The notes under the pieces are model-generated. The model ran no database searches. It saw nothing but the letters and a program-made list of their open reading frames with translations, and was not told where the DNA came from. A stretch of 64,000 nt of DNA from Paraspadella gotoi (taxonomy: Eukaryota > Animalia > Chaetognatha), in the NCBI GenBank assembly GCA_051294375.1, contig CM119267.1, positions 3,270,593 through 3,334,592 of the forward strand, read 5' to 3'. The position numbers were made by a program, and so were the translations under genes. Positions 49,395 through 61,137 of this stretch are shown here, in pieces (positions within the stretch are counted from its first letter, which is position 1; every line of letters starts with the position of its first letter).

Positions 49395-51071
49395 AAACTG
49401 GAACGTCCACCGAAGCCACCTGGAAAAACAAAAGATGCATATAATAATTAAAAGAGAAAAACACAAATGAAGACAATTGAAAAATGAGCGAAAACCTCGT
49501 CCGCCGCCTCGGCCTCCGCCGCCGTCAGAGTCGCGCGGTGTCGCCTTCTTTACTTCGAGTCTCGCTCCGTTGATGACGTGATTCTTGTCGAGGATGATTT
49601 TATCCACGGGGTCGTAGTCGTTGAACTGAAATGGCGGGAGACGAAAGGGAGACGGGATTTAAAAAAAACATGAGTTTTGGAATGAACACTCACTTATGAA
49701 TTCAAGTGTTCCTCACCTCGACGAAGGCGAATCCCCTCGGCTTGCCCGTCGCTTTGTCCATCATGACCACGCTGTCTTTGATTTCCCCGTAAGCGCCAAA
49801 ATACTCGTCCAGATCATCCTGCATTTTTAAATTAAATGGATGATGTAAATCCTATCTAGAATTTTCGAACGAACGAATAAACGAACGAATAAACGAACGA
49901 CTCACTTTAGTGACTGGTTTGTCCTTGATTCCGCCGATAAAAATTTTTTGGATGGCGAGTTGGGAATTGGGGTTGCCCATCTCCTCGCGGGGGATGGCTC
50001 GTTTGGGTTGGGCCTCTCGACCGTTGATGTTGTGAGGTCTGAAAAAAAGAAATATTCAAGATGATCTTTCATAGGGAGGTTGGAAACCTTTTTTTGTGTA
50101 TCTGAGCGAGAACAAGTGATTACCTTTAACCGAGTATGTTTATTTTTAATATTTATTTAATAAAAGTTTTTTATCGTATTTTAAAATAAATTATTTTGCA
50201 CATAAATAAAAACGGCATCTTTGAGATCTCCAGTACATGAGGGTAAAAAATACATATTATAATGATTAAATTGATAGTTGATTGTTTGAGAGTTGCAGTT
50301 GATGCCACAACAGTGTAATGCAATATTATTGTTAAACATGGCTTTTCTTGAATGTGAATGCTATGACTTAAAGTTATGAAAATGAAATGTCTACGCACGC
50401 TTTGTATCATGGCTAATCCCACAAAATAACATGCAACGAAAATTCACTTCAGTGCAGTAATCATACTTACCTTAAAAATCAATATTTTTTTGTGAAAAAA
50501 CCAAGAATGAAACCACGCCATAGAGACATCGCGACGGGATCGATGCCGAGTCCAACGTGGTCCCAGAAGCGTCCGTTATTTTTTAATTAACCCTCTGCTC
50601 AGACTTTCCACCATGGGCTACTCAAAGAATCTCAAGCCTCGCTCAAGAAATCTCATAACCTCCATGGTAAAACAGTCTAAACACACTAAAATACGCCGTT
50701 CGTTCAAAGCCTCATCGTCGAACCGAGCAACCGCAACAAAAAAAGCATTAATTTAATCTCTTGACTCAGTTTGGATAAAGTATATCGTTTAATTAAACGG
50801 AGACTGGTTAGACCGACGAGCCATTTGACCTCAACCTCGGTCTCAATCATAATTACCTATTTCTCATGGCTTCATCGACCATGGAGGCGTTGCTGTAGGT
50901 GACAAACCCAAAGCCTCTCGACTTTCCAGTGCCTTTATCCTTCATGACTATACAGTCGGTGATTTCACCGAACTGACTGTAAAACTCTCTCAAGTCCTCA
51001 TCGTTCGTCTTTTGTAAAAGTGAACCGACAAAGATCTTCCTCATCTGCTCAGGTTCAGAATCTCCTCCCAT
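48995..51071 (-). CDS. hnRNP A/B (A1-like) protein, paralogue 1: two RRMs + Gly-rich tail
   Basis: [63 protein letters not shown]-rich tail ending GPYGGRM. Confidence 0.92.
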
Positions 51072-51655
51072 TTCTGTGCTCCAGTCAAAGTGTCTCAAAA
51101 AAGTCTTCAGTTCTTCTGTCTCCTCTATCGACGTCTGCTCAGATCCTTGACTTAGAAGAAAATGTTTATTTATTATAAATTTTTTTTTAATCTTTAGACG
51201 TTGAGGACAATTCTTCTTTTTTCGTCTGACCTGTTAAATAAAAGGACACATATGAAAATCTCAAAATAACTGTATAGGAAAGTACCGACCGCCTGAATAA
51301 AATCAGAACTGCCGTTAAAATGAAATAAAACGAATCTATTTAAACAAACAACGGAATGATTCAAAGAGGGTACCAGCTATCTGAGTGCTTCTCGCGACAT
51401 TACCTCCTGAACTTAATTTGCCTCGAGCCAATCAAACTAAAAACGCGCTACGAATAAATACCAAAAAAAACAAAAAAACTTGATGCTAACTAATATCAAA
51501 ATGTATAAAAGGGAAGAAATATGTGGTAGAAATATAGGATTTGATGAGGAAAAAAAAGGATGATCGTGAAGATGAAAAACTTTTGCCATCAGCCATCGCA
51601 TAACCTTTGGCCGGGAGCAGATGGTTGAGCCAAATCGATGAATGGCATTTCAAGA

Positions 51656-52957
51656 TTAAAATCTTCCACCATAAGGTCGTTGACCCATTCGACCTCCGCC
51701 GAAGCCTCTCATAGGGCCTCCGCCAAAGTTTTGTCCGTAATTTTGACCAAAACCACCTCCGCCCATTCCTCCGCCGAATCCTCCATTTCTCATAACTCCT
51801 CCCATTCCATATCCGCCTCCCATTCCTCCACCCATGTTTCCATATCCCCCACCCATACCGCCCATGCCTCCTCCAAAGCCGGCACCCATGCCTCCTCCAA
51901 AGCCACCACCGAAACCACCACCTCCGAAACCACCACCACCACCTCCGAATCCTCCGCCCATTCCGCTAAATCCATTTCCAAACCCACCGCCCATGCCACC
52001 GTGAAACCCAGGACCACCAAAGCCTAAGAAATTATATTACAATAACTATCCCATTAACGGTTACAATTTGAATGAGACGACAGAATGAATTGATTACCTC
52101 TTCCGCCACCCATCAATCCTCCTCTACCGCCGCCCATGCCTGGGTTTTGTGAATCTCTAGGAGTGGCTTTCTTTACTTCGACGTTGTGACCGTTGATCTT
52201 GTGAGTTTTTTCCAAAATAATCTTGTCGACGGGATCGTAGTCGTCAAACTAAATCGTAGAATGGACATCACGACATGATGTGCGTGCGAAGGGTTGCGAA
52301 TAGAATTTCTCGACTCACCTCCACAAAAGCAAAACCTCTCGGGTTTCCCGTCCCCTTTTCCAGCATTACGACGCTGTCTTTAATATTTCCGTACTCAGAA
52401 AAATAATTGTCGAGGTCCTCCTATACAGAAAATACAGAAAATGTATCCATGCAAAAATCTTTTCCCCGTGTCGTCAATCGCATTGTAAAAAGAAAACAGC
52501 GAGCGGAAACCTTCGTAATCGGTTTGTCTTTAATCCCGCCGACGAAAATTTTGTGAATGGCGGCTCCCGAGGTCGGGTTGTTGGCCTCCTCCCTCGGCAC
52601 CGCCCTTTTGGGCTGGGCGGCCCGACCGTTGATGTTGTGCGGTCTCTTCTTCATGGCTTCGTCGACCATGGACGCGTGCTTGAAAGTGACGAAGCCGAAA
52701 CCTCTCGACTTTCCCGTTTGTTTGTCCTTAAATTAAAAAAAAAAAAAAGAATAATACATTTAACCGATAAAAAATGACTTTGAATCAGCGAGGACATTTG
52801 CGATTTATTTATAGTTAACAAGTACCTTCATCACGACGCAATCAGTAATTTCACCGAATTGACTGTAAAAGTCCCTCAAGTCATTTTCGTCCGCTTTGAA
52901 GACGAGCGATCCGACGAAGAGTTTCCGTCTCTGCTCGGGCTCCTCTGGTTCCGGCAT
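51656..52957 (-). CDS. hnRNP A/B (A1-like) protein, paralogue 2
   Basis: [61 protein letters not shown], Gly-rich tail ending RPYGGRF. Confidence 0.92.
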
Positions 52958-53117
52958 GGCGTCGGCAGTTTTGGATGAGATGGCAACAGAGACCACGAAA
53001 TCTCACTATCAACGAGAATAAAAATTTTTGCCTAAAATAAAAGACAAATGGCACCATTTAAGTAATTAAAATTTCTGGCCAAGCGAGCAATTCAAAATAA
53101 AAATTAAATAACAGATA

Positions 53118-53873
53118 TCACGAATCGGACTTTTGGAGGTCTTTCACGTAAAAATGATTGACGACGTTCAAAATCCACGGCGAGGGATCGTTCCTGTTCG
53201 AGTAGTCCCTGTAAAACCTGTAATTGCAGAGCATAGTATTTTCGACGGCCTCGGCAGGCGTCATCGTCGTGAAATCGAGATGCTCCATAATAGCGTAGGA
53301 CATCATAATTTCCACGGCGCGGAGTCCCCTCCTGTCGTCCTCAATGATTCCGATGCAGGACATGATGGTTGACCGAATGGCCTCTTCGCTGGACACGAGC
53401 AACTGGCGGCGTTGCCATTCGTTGAGGCGTCCGTGGTTGTGCTTAATCTCGTCGAAGGCTTTGGGGTCGACGAGGCCCTCGGTAAGGAGAGGCTCCACGT
53501 TGTCCGACGCCAAGATGCAAGAGACGGTGAGTAGGGACATGATGGCGCCCCTCTTGAAGGCCTCGATCGAAAAGTCGGCGTCGTAGCGGTGCTGGATGTA
53601 TTTTTCGAAGAACTTGTTCTTCAGATTCGTCGACAGAACGGAAAAGATGTTAGGAACGACTTTGGGGTGGTCCATCAACGAAAGACCGAGGCAAGAGTTT
53701 TGACGACTGAAAAATCGGATGGGTCGAAGGAAACTGGCGGCGGAATTTGGGGATTCGGCGACTCGGATCCATCGCGGAGCGGCGTTGCGGGAAAGAGCGG
53801 GCAAAGGCAAAATAGATTGACGAACGTGGCAGATCATTCGCAGGGTTCGCTGCGACAACTGAGAAAGCACCAT
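53118..53873 (-). CDS. MAIP1: m-AAA protease-interacting protein 1 (C2orf47)-like, single exon
   Basis: Basic mitochondrial presequence; DADFSIEAFKRGAIMSLLTVSCILAS..., IGIIEDDRRGLRAVEIMM, NYRFYRDYS...PWILNVVNHF resemble remembered MAIP1 segments (FSxxEFxxGAKQA...VS, YEFxREFT...WTI). Confidence 0.75.
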   Translation of the reverse strand: MVLSQLSQRTLRMICHVRQSILPLPALSRNAAPRWIRVAESPNSAASFLRPIRFFSRQNSCLGLSLMDHPKVVPNIFSVLSTNLKNKFFEKYIQHRYDADFSIEAFKRGAIMSLLTVSCILASDNVEPLLTEGLVDPKAFDEIKHNHGRLNEWQRRQLLVSSEEAIRSTIMSCIGIIEDDRRGLRAVEIMMSYAIMEHLDFTTMTPAEAVENTMLCNYRFYRDYSNRNDPSPWILNVVNHFYVKDLQKSDS

Positions 53874-54569
53874 GACTTTACTTTTTTTCTCTTAGCGATT
53901 GCAATCTATCTGCTTTTTTAAATACTTCATTCCACAGGAAAACAAACAAAAAATATGGCAAATTTTTTACAATATCTTCCGAAGGAAATGCGTATAAAAT
54001 TGATGTCATGAAATTACATATCACGTTCCCCTACTAATGTGATGCAGATTGAGCTGCAGGAGAAAAACGCAGGAGACTTTTATTGTTGGCAAAGAAGATG
54101 GATGCGGAAGCCGTCGCTGCCCAAATCCGCCATCTGGATTCCCCGCGCAAAGAGAATCGCAAAGAGTTGTCTTTTCTTTCACAAACAACTTCTATCGGAC
54201 TTTGTATTAAGCTACTCCCCCTGTAGTTTCGTAACAATAAAGACGACTTCACTTGAGTAAAAAAGTTTGGTAAAATTATAAAAAAAGTTTAAAAGAAAAA
54301 AGTGCCCAGTTTTTTTTTATAAAAGAATAAAATAATAATAGTAACATCACAGATGAATGAAACCCGGAAACAGAGGATAGCATTTAGGTTAGTAGACAGA
54401 GATTTCTAATCTTAATGATAGTAATCGAAAATAGTAAACTAGCACCAGAAAGGAGATCAGTTAATAGTCAAATGATGTAAAAATTAAAAATATTAAAAAG
54501 TAAACTCAAATAATCCTTCCTTCTCTAAAATATGTAAATTTCAGTAAACAAGTCCAAATCGTATTCGCT

Positions 54570-57500
54570 CTAAGCGTTAATCGATGGCGCGCCCACCGAC
54601 TTGGATCGTCGCTTTCGCGAAAGTCGAGACGGAAATCGAAAGTTGCGAATCTGGCGATAGTTGAGCGACGACGACAACGTCGAGCTGAAGATGCGTTCCC
54701 GACGCAGCACCTCCTCCTCCTCGCGATCCTCCGCCCCGACGTCGCGGTCCGGAGTGGGCGCGACCACTTCCACCTTCGGAGCGGCTTCCTCGATGGCCTC
54801 GTAGGATTCCAACTGCTTGTCGAGGCCGCGGGGAGTGAAGAGTCCGATGAAGAGGCAGGCGATCATCGTAGCGTCGATCACGAAGAAGACAAAGTGGTGA
54901 CCGAAGGGGAAACCGAGACGGGGTGAACCTTCCGTGATGGACCTGAGAGAGAGAGAAATTGGAATGATAAGCAAGTCTAAATTGTATAAAACGGAGGGTT
55001 ACCATGAGAATATAGTCCCAGCGGCGATGGGAGACGCGGATCTGGCAACGAAGGAGAAGGTCATAGAGACGCCGTTGACGAGACCGAGGTATTCGGCATA
55101 GACGGAGTTGTTGATCAAAATGTCGGCAGCAGACCAACAGAGCGGGTACATCATTCGGTTGGGAACGAGGACGATCACCAGCGCCAGCCACAAATAGAGA
55201 CTGAAATGTGGAATAGATGTATAAATTTTAACAAGAAACACTATCAAAACCTCTTAAACTATTGTTTTTTGTTGTTTTTTTTTAACTTTTACCTGTTGGA
55301 AAGAAGACGATTGATGAATGGAATGGCGGCAGTGGTGACGCAAAGAAGGCAGGCTCCGAGGCAGAACGTCCTCACGCTGCCGAGTAGACGCTCGAGGCGC
55401 GGGAAAACCACGATGTTCATGAGCAGACAGGGCACGTTCAAAGCCCCCGTCATAGTTCCCAGCTATAAAAAGGGTTAGGATGTAGAGAGGAGGAATGAGA
55501 ACCGGACGATTCAACACTGTTGAATCAACAGTCATCAACAACAGCATTCGAACCTGAGTGGTCGAAAAGCCCAGCCCTCCGAAGGGGCGCTTGGTGGCGG
55601 CCCAGAGGGCGATGGTCTCGTCCAAGGCGACGCAGGCGAAGCTGAAGACGCTGAACAGGGAAGTCGCGATGATAACGTTGGAGGTGGAAAAAAGGCGGCA
55701 GCACAAGCGAAGACGGAGAGAATGGGTCGTCGGTGTCACCGTCGTTGCGCGGGGAAGGAGCGGAGACTGGTCGTCGCCATTGTCACAGTCGGAGGCTGCC
55801 AAGAAATCAAATTAGACTTAGTCGTTAGCGTTATATTAAATTGGTATTAAACATAAAAATTATCCATAAGCTCAATAAGGAAGCTCGATGGTGGATTAAG
55901 GCCTCCATCCCTCTTACTAGATAGGACCCTGCAACCTTTCAATCAAGACTCGCATACAATTTATCTTTTAATGTTTCAATTGGATAAAAGGACCACAAGG
56001 ACAACAATATCGCAATATCGAAGAATACTAGGAATTTTTATCCGAACAAGAATAAAACTATAAGGATCTCACTAATGAACAACGAATATAATAGGTTCCG
56101 CATACAATCCGTGTCTTTTAGACAACGAAATCTGAACTTCAATAATTACCATCTTTCTTGATCTCATTGGTTAGAATGAAGCTTTCGTTATTTAAAAAAA
56201 CGGTAGGCTATAGTTATCTTCTTCTTATGACATAGTACTTTCCAGGTAAATTTCTATGAGTTAAAAATACGGTAAGACATGTTTTCTTTCAATGATTGTC
56301 AATCAAATCTTAATTTTAGAAATAAGTATGATTGAATTTTTATGGTAAAGATAACTTTTAAAGATCGAATTCCTCATAAGAATCTTTACGTCTTTTACTT
56401 ACACAAAACTATTCAGGCAGGACGCTACATTATCTCATACAATCTTTTTCCCCTCATACCCTTTCCCTAATTCTTTTTCTTCATCTCTTTTCTTCTCTTT
56501 ATTTGTATTTTTCTTTCCCTCTTTCCTCCCTTACTTCTCACGCCGTCAATTACATTTTTTTAGCCCAACCTTTTTTTTGCCACTCTTCCACTTTCCTCAC
56601 CTTTTATCTCTTCTTAATTCTTTCCCTTTCTTTTCCCTCTTTTTCTTTCCATTTTTCCCTCTTTCCTACCTTTTATTTGTCTCACTATTTTTTCGCCATT
56701 TGCCTTCTTTTTTTGCTATTTGCCCCCCTCTTTCATTCTCTCCCGACCTCCTTTTCTTGTTCTCCCGTTCGTTTTTCCTATCACTACATTTATATTGAGC
56801 CAAATAAAAAATCTTTTCTTAAGCATTATAAAAAAAGAAATTAACGGTAATGGAGGATTTTATTTCAATTTGGTTGCCTAGCAGATTTAATAAATCGACA
56901 GATTTTGCGGAAAATTTTTCCGCAAAATCTGTCGATTCTCAGAAAAAACAAGTCCTGACGCTTTCCATTGGGTTAAAAGGATGCGGTTTTTTTTGTTTTA
57001 ATAACGTCAGTATGTACCTCATCCTTTAAAACTAATAAATGAGTTAAAAATACTCTCTTTATCAAAAATAAATGCAAGTCACAAAAAGTCACAAATTAAA
57101 AGTTGTCTTTAAAAATTATTTGTGGCTAAACGAAAAAATTTTTTTGATAATTTTGTAGGTGTTAAAAGCTTATTTAATAGGCTATATTTTCTGTTAATTT
57201 CAACTAATTTGATTTATTTTTGATTAACAAATTATGATAAAGACTGAAACTGCAACTTTTTGACTTGTTAACTTTAAAATTAATTCATAGGCAAACTATA
57301 AATGATTTAAGCAAATAAATTTACACAGGGGTAGAGAAGATAAGGAAGAACGGATTTCCAAAGTAAAAAATTTTTCTCAACTTTCCTTGGCATTCAAATC
57401 ATAGGTCGTAAGTAAAAATGGACAAAAATGGACATAATTTTTTTTCCTAAAAGTTGCCAAAATGGTACTCTTTTATCATTAGAAACGGGTGGAGATGTTT

Positions 57501-58941
57501 CTAACCAATCCTTCGTTAGGCCAAATTGTGTTGTGGCACAAAGTTAATCAACATTGTAAGTAACAACTGAACAATAGTGGAAAGAGTCGTTTTTTTCCTA
57601 AATGCAACGTTTGTATGCGGACCAATAAAGGGTAACTTTATTCGATCATTCAATTAATAGCTGTTAGAGGGCTCAAACTTGAGAAAGGAAAGCAGACAAT
57701 CTTACGCGGTTCCGGGGCGGCCGTGTTCTCCTCCGCCTGTTCCTGCGAGGTGCGTCGCAGACGGAACGTACGAGTTTCAGGCAAATTGGCCGAGCAAATG
57801 GAAAGGGCTATCAGGCAAAGTGCCGCGCTGATCAGGTTTGGAAAGAAGTAGGGATATCTTGATCGCAGGAGGAGAAAAGGATTAGTATTGGATAGCTTGA
57901 GAGCATTCACCTCGAATTGATTTCAAACTTACTTGGCGAAAGTCCCGTCGTCCTTGAACACGCTCGGGTATTTCTTGTGAGGCTCTGACAAGTAGCCGCC
58001 GATCGACGGCCCCAACAACAATCCGCTCCCCCAACCTATGGCCAGCAAGGCTAAGCCCACGGCTTGATTCGTATTGTCGGAGATATCACCCAGGATCGCC
58101 TTCGAGGCGCCTATGATACCGTTAAAAGCGCCGACCAATCCTCTGACGTCAAATTAAAAAAAAGGGCTCAGATTTGAAGGTCTAAGAATTTTTTCTTTAT
58201 CTAAGGGACGAAAAAAAAACCTGGAAGCGAAGGCCCAGTGAATACTGGTGGAAAAACCGAAAGCGATGGTGAAGACGCCAGTTCCAGAGAGACAAAGAAG
58301 AACGACGCACCGACGGCCCAAGTAGTCCGTCAAGAATCCCCAAAGGACGGAGGAAAAAAATGCGCCGATGAAATAACTAGAGGCAACAATGCCGGCGTAA
58401 TAACTATAAAAAAAAAATAGTGAAACGGAATTGTGTATCGTGAGGGCTGAAATTCACGTCACGAATAAACTCACCCAATGAGCTCCTCCTCGAACCCCAT
58501 GTCCCTGATCATTTGCGGAAGGTAAGGAAACAGCATAGTGATGTTGACGACGCAGACGAAAAGAGCGAAGACTGTGTGGAAAATGATGCTCCACCTGGGG
58601 GTCGTCGCCCCCGGAGGCACGAGGCTCATCGCTCGGCACAAGCGCGTGCAGGATCCGCTGTGGGAAGCTTCGCTCGAATCTCGATCGCCGATCGTGACCC
58701 GAGAGGGCTCGCCGAGAAGGCCGTGCGGTGCTAAGCTCCCCTTTCCGCCATCTGCCTCGTGTTTCTCCATCTTCGTCGATTCATCAGTCGAATTAATCGA
58801 CGTAAGAGTCGAAGTCGCCGAAACATAACACGAATAAGTTGATTCATGGCCTGGAGTTGACGCCGCATCGCCAGGTGAAGGCGAGCCATGATGCTGGCTT
58901 GGTGCGAGGGCGCGAACTCTTTGGGAGGCATCGGAGGACAT
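54570..58941 (-). CDS. MFS transporter, zinc-induced-facilitator-like (ZIFL1 family), multi-exon
   Basis: MLFPYLPQMIRDMG, GFLTDYLGRR (MFS motif A), GAFNGIIGASKAILGDISDNTNQAVG, GLLLGPSIGGYLSEP...YP, YPYFFPN, LPET, LWAATKRPFGGLGFST, ILINNSV...LGLVNG. Confidence 0.85.
56100..57610 (+). repeat. ~1.5-kb dispersed repeat family C, copy 1 (MFS intron), with central 45-bp palindrome
   Basis: Reverse complement of ~61960-63480 (e.g. ttatttaaaaaaacgg.ggctatagttat; ggttgcctagcagattt; aaatggacaaaaatggacata). Confidence 0.8.
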
Positions 58942-59289
58942 CGTATCGCGGCCGCTAGAAAGCAGAGGGACTCAATGGCACGATTTTGACAATGCAAACA
59001 AATCGGTAGGACACGAAGAAAAAAGGATGGCAAAGGTGCACTTCATTTTGGTGAGATGTAGCGCCACATCCGCTTGGTTGCTAAAGTGGCGAGGGAAGGG
59101 AAGTAGGGAAAAAGAATCCTCGGAAAGGAAAAGGGAAACGGTATGAAACTTTCATTTAAATGGGAAGAAATGATTTTTAAAAGGAAAGAATAATACGTAA
59201 TGATAATTATTTCGCGACTCTATTTCGTAGACACGGAGATATCCTAAATTCTAGTTCGAATGAAATAACTTTGCGAGTTTGTTACCGAA

Positions 59290-60840
59290 CTCACGCGAAA
59301 CGTCTCAACCAACCAAAAATCAAAACATGGGTTCGAACCCCACCGTCGTCTTTATTTATGGTAATAGCCCTCATAACCGCAGATTTACTGTATGTAATTT
59401 ACTGCCGTTGTTGAAACAATTTTTTTTCCTCCACTTGATTCTATTTTGACCTAATATAAGGCAACCGAAAAATAAGATTATATTAAGTTAATAAAAAAAC
59501 AAAAAAGAGCCTCGTCCGACCATATTGACTCATTCAAGGACGCGATCTTAAAAATCAAATCATGGGTTCGAACCCCACGACGATATTATTTTTTTTTTTC
59601 GACATAATATAAAGCAACCCGAAAAGAGTATAAGTAAAAATATCAATATTAAAAAATAGAAAAAAAAACAAATTAATTTTTAAGTCGAGTGATCTTTTAA
59701 TACAATTGAAACATTCTTTAAAATATTATACCACTTTATTGGGGGAAGTCAGATACTCTGGGAGTAAATAAACGAGACGGAGTCTTGATTGAAAGCTTGC
59801 AGGGACCTGCAATCATTATCTTGTAAGAGTGATAGATAATTTTTATAATGGTTGTACCAATTTCATTTCATAAAAAATAAATTAGTAAATATTAATTAAT
59901 TATTAAATACAAAAAAACGTTCGAACCCCACTGCAGTCTTTTTCTTACCTAATATAAAGCAAACAAAAAAAAACATTAAAAATGGCAAAAGTATATTACT
60001 ATAACGAATAGAAAAATTTAATAACTGTCACAGGGGCTCAAACTTGAGAAACTCAGTGACTCGGTAACCTAAGATTGAAACTATTTGAAAGTATTTATTC
60101 CTTCATTCGAATTTATCAGAAAGGAAACGAAATAATCTCACGCGATCCCAAAAATCAAATCAAGGGTTCGAAACCCACTGCCGTTCTTTTTTTTCTTTTT
60201 AATATAAGGCAACCGGTCAATAAGATAACTGAAAATATCAATATTGATAAATAGAAATGAAAATAATAAATTATTGAATAAGTAATTAGTAAATATCTTA
60301 AAATCCAAAAAAACTTAAGAGAGTGAAACATAATTTTGCAATTTTCATATAAACCGGGCTGAGCCACCAAGCTCATTCAAGGATACGATCCCAAAAATCA
60401 AAGCATGGATTCGAACCCCACTGCGGTATTTTTAATTTTTAACCTAATATACCCACTGATGACCCTCCTATTTTTTTATGAAAAATGATATAAAATATAT
60501 AAAAGATAAATATAAACAATATCATTTAAGTAAGTGGAGAGAGATTTCAACATGAAACCAAAGTAAATTTTATTCATCCAATCATCGAGTCCTTGGTTGA
60601 AATCACCCGAGTCGCTGATCCGATTCAATTCCGATTCGATTCCGATTCCGTTCCTTCAAATAAAAATAAATATTATATTAAATAAATATTTAGTAAAAAA
60701 AGACATTTTAACTTATACTTTAGAAATCTTTTCCCACTCTCTAAAAAACAACGATTCTACTGATATCCCTAATGATAGAAATAATCATTTATAATATAAT
60801 ATAAAGCAACTGGACAAAATAATAAAATAAAATGGCAAAA
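59290..60840. repeat. Degenerate tandem array combining a B-box motif and the 7SL 3' end
   Basis: aaaaatcaaa.catgggttcgaaccccac-type motif at ~59315, 59550, 59915, 60150, 60392; cctaatataa(g/a)gcaac motif; 7SL 3'-end fragments at ~59502-59547 and ~60356-60392. Confidence 0.75.
60837..60840 (-). terminator. Pol III terminator (TTTT) of 7SL
   Basis: TTTT immediately follows ...GGCTCTC on the minus strand. Confidence 0.7.
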
Positions 60841-61137
60841 GAGAGCCTAGTCCGACCATGTTGACTGGGCTGAGCCACCAAGCTCATTCAAGGATGCGAT
60901 CCCTTGACTGTTCAGTGTGGAGGTTTTGAGCTGCTGTCTTTCGACCCTGGCCCGGTTCACCTCTCCTTAGTCAACCTGGTCACCCTGGCCTCCGCCGAAG
61001 CAACCATATTGACACCGAACTTCAAGTGGACATCCTATCGACATGAGACGAGATGACGCAGGACTCCCAGCCTCAAACCATCCTGAGGCCCCAGTCTCCA
61101 AGTAGCTGGATCACAGAGGCACGCCACTACCTCCGAC
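60841..61137 (-). ncRNA. RN7SL: 7SL (signal recognition particle) RNA gene
   Basis: Minus strand reads GTCGGAGGTAGTGGCGTGCCTCTGTGATCCAGCTACTTGG...AAGTTCGGTGTCAATATGGT...CCAGGTTGACTAAGGAGAGGTGAACCGGGCCAGGGTCGAAAGACAGCAGCTCAAAAC...GGGATCG...CAACAT...CTCTC. ~297 nt, colinear with metazoan 7SL, with helix-6 GGAG and helix-8 GAAA tetraloops. Confidence 0.93.

Noticed and set aside
59320-60425. tRNA genes at GGTTCGAACCC motifs
   Set aside because: Only the T-arm/B box is present; no acceptor stem, D arm or anticodon arm can be folded.
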